Positions 47,939 to 57,701 of a DNA stretch of 64,000 nt are shown one piece after another. The translations under genes were made by a program, and so were the position numbers. Each line of letters opens with the position of its first letter. The stretch's first letter is position 1. The DNA lies in the NCBI GenBank assembly GCA_964494105.1, contig CAZBQI010000002.1, forward strand, positions 18,936 to 82,935, given 5' to 3'. The notes beneath the pieces were generated by a model. That model saw only the letters and a program-made list of their open reading frames with translations, made no database searches and was not told the origin of the DNA. This DNA comes from an uncultured Candidatus Saccharibacteria bacterium. GTDB taxonomy: Bacteria > Patescibacteriota > Saccharimonadia > CAZBQI01.

Positions 47939-49187
47939 GTATTTGTCTTGCTTCGGCCAGGAGTAAAAAGGAACCTGTAATTAGCCATACTTTGTTGGGA
48001 CTGTTTAGCGCTTCTACTATTGCCGGTTCTAGGCGGTCGCGTTTTTTTACAGCAATTGCTGAATTATTTCTGATTAATTCTTGGGTTAATTGTTCAGAAT
48101 TATAGGCGTCAGATGCAAAATCCTGGTTATTAACGGCCTCATATTGAGTTGCGATAATCTGAAATCGCTCTGGAATAATTGGCACATCTTTGGTGTTCTT
48201 CATGGCTAGAATCAAACCTATTTCTTTTTTCGGGTACAGTTTTTGGGTAGCTTTAATGAGGGCCGTTATTTTTTGCGAATTATGAGCTCCATCGAGAATA
48301 AATATTGTCTTGGCTTTTTCTATAACCTCGAAACGCCCAGGTATATGCATATTCTTTAATGTGGTCATTAGGTTTATGTGATCTAAATTCCAACTACTAC
48401 CAGTTGCCAAGTGGCGAGCAGTAACCAAAGCTAAGCTCAGGTTTTCTTGCTGGAATTCGGGTAGCGAGCTGATGAATTCTGATTTGTCATTAATTGACTC
48501 AGCTTTAGCGAAGCGAATACTCGCATGCACCGCTTTGGCTCGTTGCTCAAAAACACGATTAACGCTTGGCGCCTGCGATAAACAAAAACAATAATTTCCT
48601 GTTTGGATGATGCCTGCCTTTTGCTCGGCAATACTTTGTATTTGATTGCCCAATACATTTGTATGATCCCGTCCGATCCTTGTGATAATAGCCACTTTTT
48701 TTGGGTTTTTAATTGTATTTGTTGCGTCAAGCCTCCCGCCCATACCGGTCTCAATGACCGCATAATCAACTTTTTGCTCAATAAAATGCATCCAGGCCAT
48801 GGCTAGCAGTGTTTCGAAATATGAAACAGGGTCACCCGACTTTGCCATCTCATCAATTATCGGAATTATTTGCTCTAAGGTATTGGCAAAAGCTCTTTTT
48901 GAGATTTGCAAATTATTAACCTGACAACGCTCACGGATGTCGTACACATGAGGCGACAACGTAAGACCCACTTTTTGGTTAGCACTAACCAATAAGCTAC
49001 TGAGCATCATGGCAGTTGAGCCCTTACCTGAGGTACCAGCGATATGAACAGTTTGGATTTTCTCTTGAGGATTTCCCAATAGATTAAAGAATTTGATAGA
49101 ACGTCTAAGGCCGGCCTCGCCACTGAAGACACGCGCACTGCTACGATCCAAGTTGTTAATATAGTAAATCGCGTTTTGGTAGTTCAT
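47925..49187 (-). CDS. folC: bifunctional folylpolyglutamate synthase / dihydrofolate synthase
   Basis: Mur-ligase P-loop HIAGTSGKGST, and ETGMGGRLDATN. 420 aa. Confidence 0.85.
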   Translation of the reverse strand: MNYQNAIYYINNLDRSSARVFSGEAGLRRSIKFFNLLGNPQEKIQTVHIAGTSGKGSTAMMLSSLLVSANQKVGLTLSPHVYDIRERCQVNNLQISKRAFANTLEQIIPIIDEMAKSGDPVSYFETLLAMAWMHFIEQKVDYAVIETGMGGRLDATNTIKNPKKVAIITRIGRDHTNVLGNQIQSIAEQKAGIIQTGNYCFCLSQAPSVNRVFEQRAKAVHASIRFAKAESINDKSEFISSLPEFQQENLSLALVTARHLATGSSWNLDHINLMTTLKNMHIPGRFEVIEKAKTIFILDGAHNSQKITALIKATQKLYPKKEIGLILAMKNTKDVPIIPERFQIIATQYEAVNNQDFASDAYNSEQLTQELIRNNSAIAVKKRDRLEPAIVEALNSPNKVWLITGSFLLLAEARQILSEV

Positions 49188-49665
49188 TTCTATAGTATAG
49201 CTTGACGCCTTCTGACCTTACTTTATGCACTATTTTCCTTACCGGCTGTTTAAGCGATGGATGAATTAAATCTGGCGCAATCTCATTTAGAGGAACGAGC
49301 ACAAATGCACGTTCATGTAGATGTGGATGTGGTACCTCAAGCGTATCGCTGTTGATTATTAAATTATCATAGAACAATATGTCGATATCAATTTCTCGAG
49401 GACCCCATTTCTCGCGCTCAACTCGCCCTAATGTCTTTTCGATAGACTTCAACGCCGAAAGCAAATGGTTAGGACTAAGGCTAGTTTGAATTTCTAGGCA
49501 TTGATTCAAGAACTTATCTTGAAGCTCATTGCCCCAAGGATCAGTCTCGTAAATACTTGACTGCTTTATGAGTCTTGCATGTTTCTTGATTTCAGTTATT
49601 GCTCTTTTAAGTTGCTGTTGACGATCCCCGATATTACTGCCTAAACCGAGGAACACAGATGCCAT
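49156..49665 (-). CDS. folK: 2-amino-4-hydroxy-6-hydroxymethyldihydropteridine diphosphokinase
   Basis: VFLGLGSNIGDRQQQL, and DIDILFYDN. 169 aa. Confidence 0.85.
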   Translation of the reverse strand: MASVFLGLGSNIGDRQQQLKRAITEIKKHARLIKQSSIYETDPWGNELQDKFLNQCLEIQTSLSPNHLLSALKSIEKTLGRVEREKWGPREIDIDILFYDNLIINSDTLEVPHPHLHERAFVLVPLNEIAPDLIHPSLKQPVRKIVHKVRSEGVKLYYRNELPKRDLLY

Positions 49666-49667
49666 AT

Positions 49668-50990
49668 TTAAGGGCTTAACCTTTGCATATCACGCGGGAA
49701 AAGTGCAGCCTCTTTAACATTATCAAGCCCAATGAGTTTCTCTACCGTTCGTTCAAGACCCCAACCAAAACCACCGTGCGGAGGCATTCCGTAAAGGTAT
49801 GCACTAATCAGTGGGGCATAGCCAGGGTCTTTCGGGTCACCACCGCCGGACTTAAGTTGCTCAACTAGTTTTTCGTAGCGGTTTTCTCGCATACTTAGAG
49901 TAGATATTTCAACACCGCGAAATAGCAAATCTGCACGCTCAGCAAATTCTGGTGATTCCTCCGACGCTTTATGATAAAACTTAAAGGTTTTACTTTTTGC
50001 CGACCAGCCGGTAACGATAACGGCTTCCGATTTGTGAGTTTTTGCGCTCCACTCACAGATCCAGCGTTCTTCGGCCGGTGAAAGATCATCCTCGTCGCGG
50101 TAGTCTTTTTTCGTTGCCTTGAAAAACTGATCATGGATATCCTTAATCGAAACCCGCGGTATTTCGCTAGGCTTAGACGGCAGTATAAAATCCTTCGCTT
50201 GCCACCGGCTCAACTCTGAAGCGCAATCTGCTTGTACCGATTTGGCAACAAATATAAGAGCACCGCCGGCAAAGTTTAGTAGTTCATCGAGATTTATAAA
50301 GCCCATCTCTGCATCTATTGATATGTATTCAGTCATGTGCCGAGTTGTTGCACTCGGTTCAGCTCTGTACACCGGAGCAATTTCGTATACTCGCTCAAAT
50401 ACTCCAACCATTATTTGCTTGTAAAACTGAGGACTTTGCGCCAATGTCGCCTCTTTGCCAAAGTGATCAAGCTTGAATACTTCTGTGCCACCTTCGGTTG
50501 CTTCCGCTAAGAGCTTAGGTGTTTTAATCTCTATGAATTCATTTTTGGCAAAATACTCACGAAAGGCCTGGAGCACTTTAGCCTGCACCCTAAAAACTGC
50601 TTGCTCTTGCAGATTACGCAAGCCAATCGGTCGATAATCAAAAAGCGTATCAAGATTATCGCTTTTGTGACTTAGTGGTTTGTCAATTTCAATTGGTGGC
50701 TCGGCAGTCACCGGAACTTGTACATTTAGCTTTGGCTGATGAAGCTCTACCCCACCCGGAGCTCGTTCATCTTTTTCAGCCTTTCCCGTTACTTCTAGCA
50801 CCGTGCCGATTTGCATGCCTCGAAGTTTTTCCATTTCATCTTCTTGATCTACTAAAATCTGGGTTAGCCCGGTACGATCACGAAGCAACAAAAAATTAAG
50901 CCCACCAAGCTTGCGCTTCTTGTGAAGCCAGCCTTTAATTGTGACTTCTTTACCGACGGCGTCTGCCAGCTGTGATGATAGTGTTCGCAT
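49668..50990 (-). CDS. aspS: aspartate--tRNA ligase, archaeal/non-discriminating type (class IIb)
   Basis: OB anticodon-binding N-domain. Motif 2 FRVQAKVLQAFREYF, a QSPQ loop (LAQSPQFYKQ) typical of AspRS, and motif 3 GMPPHGGFGWGLERTV. 440 aa. Confidence 0.8.
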   Translation of the reverse strand: MRTLSSQLADAVGKEVTIKGWLHKKRKLGGLNFLLLRDRTGLTQILVDQEDEMEKLRGMQIGTVLEVTGKAEKDERAPGGVELHQPKLNVQVPVTAEPPIEIDKPLSHKSDNLDTLFDYRPIGLRNLQEQAVFRVQAKVLQAFREYFAKNEFIEIKTPKLLAEATEGGTEVFKLDHFGKEATLAQSPQFYKQIMVGVFERVYEIAPVYRAEPSATTRHMTEYISIDAEMGFINLDELLNFAGGALIFVAKSVQADCASELSRWQAKDFILPSKPSEIPRVSIKDIHDQFFKATKKDYRDEDDLSPAEERWICEWSAKTHKSEAVIVTGWSAKSKTFKFYHKASEESPEFAERADLLFRGVEISTLSMRENRYEKLVEQLKSGGGDPKDPGYAPLISAYLYGMPPHGGFGWGLERTVEKLIGLDNVKEAALFPRDMQRLSP

Positions 50991-51076
50991 ATATCATCTA
51001 TTGTACCCTGTCATCATCACTTGACTCAAACAGCGGTTATTTCTATCAACAGTAATTATTTGCTAGTATGTAGTTA

Positions 51077-51721
51077 ATGTCGAAAACTTTCTGGATAATT
51101 CTAGCTATACTAGTCGCCGGTTTAATAGGGATATTTGCAGTCGCAAATCGTAGTTCAGAAGCACCCAAAGAAGAAATCTCAAATCCAACGGCAATAAGAG
51201 AAAGTGATCATGTAGAAGGACCGGCAGACGCAAAAGTCACACTTGTTGAATATGGTGACTTCCAGTGCCCGGCTTGTGCGGCTTCATTCAAAATAGTTAA
51301 GGAACTCCGAACACAGTACCAAGATAAAGCCAGGTTTGTATTTCGCCACTTTCCGCTGAGTAATATTCATCCAAATGCTATGGCTGCCTCGCGCGCTGCT
51401 GAAGCCGCCGGTATGCAGGGCAAGTTTTTTGAAATGCATGACCTATTATATGAGAATCAGAAAGAATGGAGCACAAGCACTAATGCAGGTGAATTTTTTA
51501 ATCAATATGCACAAGAGATTGGTATAAACGTTGATCAATTCGAAAAAGATAGCAATTCCTCTGAGACAATTGACGCCATTAATCAAGATATCGCTATCAG
51601 CAAATCACTACAGATTAGCGCTACGCCAACATTTTACATCAACGATCAGAAATTAGAGTCGTTGCCCCGTTCACTGGCAGAATTTAAGGCAAAGTTAGAC
51701 GAGGCTCTTAATAAGCCTTAG
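51077..51721 (+). CDS. DsbA family thiol:disulfide oxidoreductase
   Basis: N-terminal TM anchor, then a thioredoxin fold with CPAC active site (GDFQCPACAASFKI), and cis-Pro context FRHFPL. Confidence 0.75.
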   Translation: MSKTFWIILAILVAGLIGIFAVANRSSEAPKEEISNPTAIRESDHVEGPADAKVTLVEYGDFQCPACAASFKIVKELRTQYQDKARFVFRHFPLSNIHPNAMAASRAAEAAGMQGKFFEMHDLLYENQKEWSTSTNAGEFFNQYAQEIGINVDQFEKDSNSSETIDAINQDIAISKSLQISATPTFYINDQKLESLPRSLAEFKAKLDEALNKP

Positions 51722-51728
51722 CTCTAGG

Positions 51729-52304
51729 CTATTTAACAAGCTTGGCTTCAATCACCTCTCGACCATCACTACTACCCGATAACGTACATGAATAAAGGGT
51801 TAAGCGAGACTCGCTAACGTTCTCGATTTCTGTTTGATTTGGTTTTACTTTGTAGATTTTTTCGATTCTGTATTTGTATTTTTTTCCATTCCAGTGAACT
51901 TCAATTTCATCTCCGGTTACAAGCTTATTGATATCGTAGAATACACTAGCTTCTTTTACCAAATTTGGGGTTTGCGCAAACTTAAACCGATGACCGGTTA
52001 ATATAAAATTTCCACCCATTTCCGGATCACCTCGTTCTGGATATCTGTGCCATACGCCTTTTTCTAAAACAGAATTATCACCTTCTAATATTTCGCGATT
52101 TACATTTATCTTCTTGATGATTACTCGATTTTCTTTAGCTACCTCGATATTCGATAGCTTTTTTGTAGGAATTAAGGTCGGCGCATTTAATAAAATCAAC
52201 AAATACAAACCGCCGGTAACTAAAATAGCGGAAAGCAAGGCCATGGCGAATATCACTTTTTTTGAACGAAAGCGCCCTGCTTTCGTCTGAGCTTTGTTGC
52301 TCAT
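51729..52304 (-). CDS. sortase family transpeptidase (likely class E, LAxTG-specific)
   Basis: N-terminal TM. His in ILTGHRF, TLxTC Cys (LTLYSCT) and an Arg downstream. It sits next to three LADTG proteins. Confidence 0.7.
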   Translation of the reverse strand: MSNKAQTKAGRFRSKKVIFAMALLSAILVTGGLYLLILLNAPTLIPTKKLSNIEVAKENRVIIKKINVNREILEGDNSVLEKGVWHRYPERGDPEMGGNFILTGHRFKFAQTPNLVKEASVFYDINKLVTGDEIEVHWNGKKYKYRIEKIYKVKPNQTEIENVSESRLTLYSCTLSGSSDGREVIEAKLVK

Positions 52305-52777
52305 CTTAAATTGTTAGTCGGCTGCTGATTTTGAGGTTTTTCTTCTATTTGAAACGCACCCACATTAACGATTAGTTTTCGCTCTGGACTGTAGATGTAA
52401 GCTTTTTTAGCATTGGCAAAAACCACAACTCTATCACCATTCTTGGCATCTTTGTAAAAATCTTTGTCCTTTAGTTGGTTTATATCTGTAATGGTTGCAA
52501 CCACAGGATCTTCATTTGTAGGCATAATAATTATTTGTCGCATTTCGCCTAGTAACTCTTGGGTTTGAGTCTTACTCAGTTCTTGCTGACCCTGAACAGT
52601 TGATAGTTTTTCAACTTCCTTTCTAGTTTCGGCATATTTTGTGTAAAGGAAAGCAACACCACCAGCAAGAGCGAGCAAAATTAGTAAAATTAAAAGCCAA
52701 AGTAACTTGCTTTTAACTGACTTCTTGGATTTCTTATTGTGATTCGAATTTGGTAATGTCGCTTCTAGATCTGCCAT
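52301..52777 (-). CDS. hypothetical membrane-anchored protein
   Basis: 158 aa: basic N-terminus, one TM helix, a coiled coil, then a small C-terminal domain. Overlaps the sortase stop by 4 bp. Confidence 0.4.
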   Translation of the reverse strand: MADLEATLPNSNHNKKSKKSVKSKLLWLLILLILLALAGGVAFLYTKYAETRKEVEKLSTVQGQQELSKTQTQELLGEMRQIIIMPTNEDPVVATITDINQLKDKDFYKDAKNGDRVVVFANAKKAYIYSPERKLIVNVGAFQIEEKPQNQQPTNNLR

Positions 52778-52794
52778 ATGAGTCTCCTGCTACG

Positions 52795-53670
52795 TTATTT
52801 CTTTATTCGGATACTATTAATTTTACCATGATTTAAGCCGTATATTCCGAATATTCCAGATGTAACTAAGGCAAATGCAACAAAAAGAATTAGTCGCGTA
52901 CTACCGCCGGTATCGGCCAAAACTGGCGTAGAACTAGACGCTTGATTTACTGTCGCATTGGCACAATTGGCATCATCATACGTAAGTGTAACCGAGGGTA
53001 GGGTCTCTGTAGTGTTGGCTTGTGAACCATTTGGCGGATCAAAAATTAAGCCCTCAATGATTTCGACGTTTGAGATAACAAACAAATTACTCAAATTCCC
53101 AAAGGTAGTGGCGTACGAGCCACCGGGATGAGTAAATACACTACCAACATTTGTATTACTGCTAACAGAAAGATAGGGAGTAGAAGGCCCCGATACATCA
53201 AAGAGTGCATGACTTGAATTATTTGAGGCCGGATTTGGAATGGTGCCGCTCATGGCAACTATGGTTGAAACAGACGGGCCAACAGCAACGGTCACCGGCG
53301 TTGAACTGGGGCAATTTGTGGCAGTTGACACTACCGCAAAAGCGCCGATTTCGTGCACGGTATTATCTGTTCCGGTGGCTAATGGCTGCGCGTTTAGGCC
53401 GGGGTTAAAGTTGGTGCTTGGTGCGTTTCGCAGTGAAAATGTTGTATCAGTGTTCGGCGCAGCCGAAGCATCGCCGCCGGCTTGAGCAATTGCCAATACA
53501 GTAGCGTTTGGTGCACCCCAGCCGGAGGGAGGAGTAACAACTTCATTTACAGTTGCAGCCTGTACCGAAGTAATGGGTAACAATGATGCCGGTAGCATCA
53601 GTGCCAATCCTAAAATTATGTTTAACAGCTTCTTGACCATTTTTATTTGCTCCACTAAGCGACAACTCAC
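52795..53670 (-). CDS. LADTG-anchored surface protein (paralog A)
   Basis: Signal peptide. The N-terminal domain is shared with 55221..56300 (VTP...LAIAQAG...NPGL...C.S.TPV.V). The C-terminal sorting signal is LADTG + TM + HGKINSIRIKK. Confidence 0.6.
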   Translation of the reverse strand: MSCRLVEQIKMVKKLLNIILGLALMLPASLLPITSVQAATVNEVVTPPSGWGAPNATVLAIAQAGGDASAAPNTDTTFSLRNAPSTNFNPGLNAQPLATGTDNTVHEIGAFAVVSTATNCPSSTPVTVAVGPSVSTIVAMSGTIPNPASNNSSHALFDVSGPSTPYLSVSSNTNVGSVFTHPGGSYATTFGNLSNLFVISNVEIIEGLIFDPPNGSQANTTETLPSVTLTYDDANCANATVNQASSSTPVLADTGGSTRLILFVAFALVTSGIFGIYGLNHGKINSIRIKK

Positions 53671-53728
53671 TTGTATAAACCTATTGTAACATAAAATGCT
53701 TACGGCAACAGCTTAGATGTACTAATTA

Positions 53729-55105
53729 TTACAACAGTATTTTATGCTGGCGCAGAACAAAAATGCCGGCTATGCCCGAGGCAATTAGGCTGAAGGCAAA
53801 GTAAATTGCAAGCTTGGAGCTATCGCCGGTGTCGGCAAGTTCCTCGCTGCTAGCGGCAGCTAGGGTAAAGCTAACAGAGGTGGTGGCAGTTTGGTTAGGG
53901 CCAAATGCAAACTGCCGCGGACTATCACCAACCGCAATTGTACCCGTAGTAACTAGAGTTGTCGGATTACGCACACTTATCTGATCTAGTCCTGCCTCCG
54001 ATACATACAGTTTTGAGAAATCACTAGTAAATGCAGGGAAATATGGTGTTGAGCCAGCTCCAGTATTTACGGTACTAGTTACAGTATTTGAGTTTGTATT
54101 GATAATTGAAATATTGTCGGATGTGGCATTTGCAACCAATAATAATGATTGGTCTTGGTTAAATGCGCTCCCAAGCGGTCCATCCCCAACACTAATAGCA
54201 CTGCCGGAAGTTTCCGTCTGGGTATTGTAAGGCGTTGCTGAGTCTCCACCATTAGAAATAGAGTAGCCGTGTATGTTGTCGGATTTAAGGGGTCCACCTC
54301 CACCAGACGAGGCAAAGGTGCTTAATTGTGTATTTGTAGCAATATTTATCACAGACATCGTACCGCTACCAACATTTGCAACATACACACGCGATGAATC
54401 AGAGCTCATAGCAGGGTAAGCTGGGAAATTTTGGTTATAGCCTGTTACGGCAGCCGAGATTGTAGGGTCAGCTGAGCTATAACGTGTCACAGTGCCACCG
54501 CTAAAATCCCCTGCCTCCGAACTAACATAAAAATAAGTGCCATCGGGCGTGTAATTCACTGCAATTGCATGGGCGCCCGCAGCTGTTAGGTTATGAGTAA
54601 TTACCGGCACCTCCGGGTTACTTAAACTCCAGACCTTTATTGCATTTGCGCCAAATCCAGAGACACTAACCATTTGTGTACCACTTGGGCTAACCACCAC
54701 GTTGTTTTGACTAACACTAGAGCTAATATCGGCACCAATCTTTTCATCGGTGACTGCGTTTATGACAGAGATTGTGGAATCTCCAGAATTTGGCACATAA
54801 GCATACTGCACACTCGCCGTCGCCTCAATTGTTTTAGCGCCTGCGCTCTGGCCCGTAACATTAAGGCTCCAGTTGCCCGAGTTGTCTGAAGTGGTGGTGC
54901 CAACGGCGGTGCCGTTGACCTTGACTGTAATGGCGCGCTTGGCGGTGGCAGTACCGGTAACGGTAAAACTTGTGCCGATGGCGGTAGAGCCATTGCTTGG
55001 CGAGGTAATCGCAACTGAAGTGGCAGCCGAGACAGCTAAAGGCATGAACGCCATTGTAGCAACCAGTAAAACTGCAGCTACAAATGAAGTGAGCCTTTTG
55101 AACAT
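53729..55105 (-). CDS. LADTG-anchored surface protein with YVTN-type beta-propeller repeats
   Basis: Signal peptide, Ig-like N-domain, and repeated motifs (YVPNSGDSTISVINAVTD, VYVANVGSGTMSVINIATN, LLVANATSDNISIINTNSN, LYVSEAGLDQISVRNPTT). C-terminus EELADTGDSSKLAIYFAFSLIASGIAGIFVLRQHKILL. Confidence 0.65.
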   Translation of the reverse strand: MFKRLTSFVAAVLLVATMAFMPLAVSAATSVAITSPSNGSTAIGTSFTVTGTATAKRAITVKVNGTAVGTTTSDNSGNWSLNVTGQSAGAKTIEATASVQYAYVPNSGDSTISVINAVTDEKIGADISSSVSQNNVVVSPSGTQMVSVSGFGANAIKVWSLSNPEVPVITHNLTAAGAHAIAVNYTPDGTYFYVSSEAGDFSGGTVTRYSSADPTISAAVTGYNQNFPAYPAMSSDSSRVYVANVGSGTMSVINIATNTQLSTFASSGGGGPLKSDNIHGYSISNGGDSATPYNTQTETSGSAISVGDGPLGSAFNQDQSLLLVANATSDNISIINTNSNTVTSTVNTGAGSTPYFPAFTSDFSKLYVSEAGLDQISVRNPTTLVTTGTIAVGDSPRQFAFGPNQTATTSVSFTLAAASSEELADTGDSSKLAIYFAFSLIASGIAGIFVLRQHKILL

Positions 55106-55220
55106 TGTTTGTTTCTCCTCAATTAACTTCTCTTAACTCTGTCACACATTTTAACACAAATCGCTTGTGGTTCACCAAGGCTAAGACTGCTCGTGGCGTT
55201 AAGGTTGCTTGAATCTGTTC

Positions 55221-56300
55221 TTACAGCAGTTTTTTGTGTCGACGTAGAACAAATGTCCCAGCTACGCCCGAGGCAACTAGGCTGAAGGCAAAGTAAAGTG
55301 CAAGCTTGGAGCTATCGCCGGTGTCGGCTAGAGTCGCCCCTGATTCAGTAACTGTAATTGTGACTGTTACGGTAGTGGTGCCACCATTACCGTCGCTAAC
55401 TTGTACCGTAAGTGTGTATTTTCCCGCTGGCACATTTGCCCTTGTGGTGGTGATGTTGCCGTTAGCCGAGTTAATAGCAAAGTAGCCGGCGCCATTACCA
55501 GCGGTTATGCTGTAAGCTAGAGTGTCGCCATTTGGATCTGTAGCACTATAGCTTGATCCGTTTACAATAACTGCTCCATTTGCAGTAGCTGAAGAAACAA
55601 TTGTTGTGGAGACACTCGCATTAGACACCACCGGAGCTAATGGGCAGGTAGCGTTGTCGTAACTGAGAGTGATTGTTGGTAAGCCTAACACGGCAGTACC
55701 TTGATAATGAGTACCGCCAGAAAATGTAACAGCCTCAAAGTTAACAAACGAAGCAATATTGGCTAAGTTTCCAGCGGTTGTGCTCATAGTCTGGCCACTC
55801 CCTGACGCACTGTACATTCCATTGGTATCACGAGAAGTCTGATTATAACCGGCAAGAGTAACTCCTCCGTTGATATCAACTAATGCACTCACAATTGTGT
55901 ATTCATCATTACCTGGTTGGGCATTTTGAAGTTCGCGGGTGTAGCTGCTAAACGTTACATCTACCGGCGTATTGCTCGAGCAGGTGCTAAGTACAGAAGG
56001 AATAGTAATCATAGAAAATTCATTACCCGACCCACCGGCTGGCTCCGGGCTATCTAGCCCCGGATTTATTACTGTACCCGGAGTGTTACGAGATGCAATT
56101 GTAACATTTGGAAGCGTTGTGCCGGCCTGTGCTATAGCAAGGAACCCCCCGCTACCGGGTTGCCAGGCTGTAGGGGTAACAGTTTCGGTAACCGCCAACG
56201 CATGAACAGACGTAGTTGATAAAAACATTGGCGCTATAGAACCAATTGTAAATACCACTAAGGTGATAATTAATTTTAGTTTATCTGCTAGGTTGCTCAT
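55221..56300 (-). CDS. LADTG-anchored surface protein with cadherin-like domain (paralog B)
   Basis: Signal peptide. Cadherin-repeat signature ATDPNGDTLAYSITAGNGAGYFAINSANGNITT...GKYTLTVQVSDGNGGTTTVTVTITV. C-terminus TLADTGDSSKLALYFAFSLVASGVAGTFVLRRHKKLL. Confidence 0.65.
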   Translation of the reverse strand: MSNLADKLKLIITLVVFTIGSIAPMFLSTTSVHALAVTETVTPTAWQPGSGGFLAIAQAGTTLPNVTIASRNTPGTVINPGLDSPEPAGGSGNEFSMITIPSVLSTCSSNTPVDVTFSSYTRELQNAQPGNDEYTIVSALVDINGGVTLAGYNQTSRDTNGMYSASGSGQTMSTTAGNLANIASFVNFEAVTFSGGTHYQGTAVLGLPTITLSYDNATCPLAPVVSNASVSTTIVSSATANGAVIVNGSSYSATDPNGDTLAYSITAGNGAGYFAINSANGNITTTRANVPAGKYTLTVQVSDGNGGTTTVTVTITVTESGATLADTGDSSKLALYFAFSLVASGVAGTFVLRRHKKLL

Positions 56301-56394
56301 AGTTTTCGTTTTCTTTTGTTGTTTTTTAAATTATTTATAACTATACACTAAATTTATCTAAATCAACAGATGAAGCTTATGTTAAAATTACAAA

Positions 56395-57612
56395 ATGACG
56401 AGAACAATAAAACTTCGTCGTAGCCTTACGCTTCCGCTTGTAACACTATACGGGCTTGGTAACATTTTAGGCGCCGGTATATATGTTTTAGTTGGCAAGG
56501 TAGCTGGCTTTGCCGGTGGTGGCACCACCATGTCATTCCTGCTTGCAATGATAATAGCCGGCATCACGGCCTTCTCGTACATGGAACTGGCCGGGCGGTT
56601 CCCGGTAAGCGCCAGCGTATCAGTATATCTACACAAAGCATTTGGTCGGCGATGGCTTTCGGTACTAATTGGGCTGATTATGGTTGGTGGCGGCATAACA
56701 TCGGCAGCAGTATTGTCGAAAGGCTTCGCCGGCTATTTGAGTGTATTTATTCCCCTGCCAACACTTATCGCCAGTACCGGCCTTTTGATTTTGCTCGGCT
56801 ACCTAGCATATAGAGGCATGGGAGAATCAGCAATAATCGCCAGCATCTTTACTGTCGCTGAAATTGCCGGATTAGCCTTAGTCATCAATAGCGGGAAGCA
56901 GTACTTGTCTCAAATCAACATAAGTGATGTTTTTCAGATAGATTCAGGTCTGGGCTTAGCCGGTATTATGATGGGTGCGTTTTTAGCTTTTTATGCGTTT
57001 ATTGGATTCGAAGATATGGTTAATGTCTCGGAAGAGGTAAAAAATCCACGTCGCACAATGCCGATAGCAATATTGCTATCCCTTATTCTTTCAACCATTT
57101 TATATTTGCTTGTGGTGATTATTTCACTAGCCGTTGTTAGTCCGGACGAACTAGCAGCCAGTAGTGCCCCGCTAAGTCTAGTATACGAAAGCGCCACATC
57201 GAACGCGCCGGTTTTTATTAGTGCTATTGGTATAGCTGCTGCTATAAATGGCGTTATTGTGCAAATAATAATGGGGTCGCGTATTTTATATGGCCTCGCT
57301 AAGCAAGGCTGGCTACACAAAGAACTAGCAAAACTGCATAAGGTGCGTCGCACCCCCGTATTAGCAACTGTTTTTGTGACTTCACTAATGATTATTGCCG
57401 GTCTGCTATTGCCTTTGGTGGCTTTGGCAGAACTTACCAGTTTCTTAGTATTAGTCGTATTTTGTCTGGTGAATGTATCTTTACTAAAAATAAAAAGTCA
57501 GCATAAAAATCACGGTGGGTTTATTACCGTACCAAAGATAGTCCCCATAATCGGAGCACTCAGTTGTCTGTTAATGATTGGTTATCAAATATTTACCCAG
57601 ATAAAGTACTAA
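56395..57612 (+). CDS. APC family amino acid permease
   Basis: 12 TM helices. GAGIYVLVGKVAGFAGGGTTMSFLLAMIIAGITAFSYMELAGRFP. Confidence 0.85.
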   Translation: MTRTIKLRRSLTLPLVTLYGLGNILGAGIYVLVGKVAGFAGGGTTMSFLLAMIIAGITAFSYMELAGRFPVSASVSVYLHKAFGRRWLSVLIGLIMVGGGITSAAVLSKGFAGYLSVFIPLPTLIASTGLLILLGYLAYRGMGESAIIASIFTVAEIAGLALVINSGKQYLSQINISDVFQIDSGLGLAGIMMGAFLAFYAFIGFEDMVNVSEEVKNPRRTMPIAILLSLILSTILYLLVVIISLAVVSPDELAASSAPLSLVYESATSNAPVFISAIGIAAAINGVIVQIIMGSRILYGLAKQGWLHKELAKLHKVRRTPVLATVFVTSLMIIAGLLLPLVALAELTSFLVLVVFCLVNVSLLKIKSQHKNHGGFITVPKIVPIIGALSCLLMIGYQIFTQIKY

Positions 57613-57701
57613 CTTAAAACGCCTTTATCGTAACTTTAGGGAAGATTTTTTATCTGATGTTCTTGCTCTCTCAAAAACCAACAATTAGTTTTGCGAAAAA
57701 C

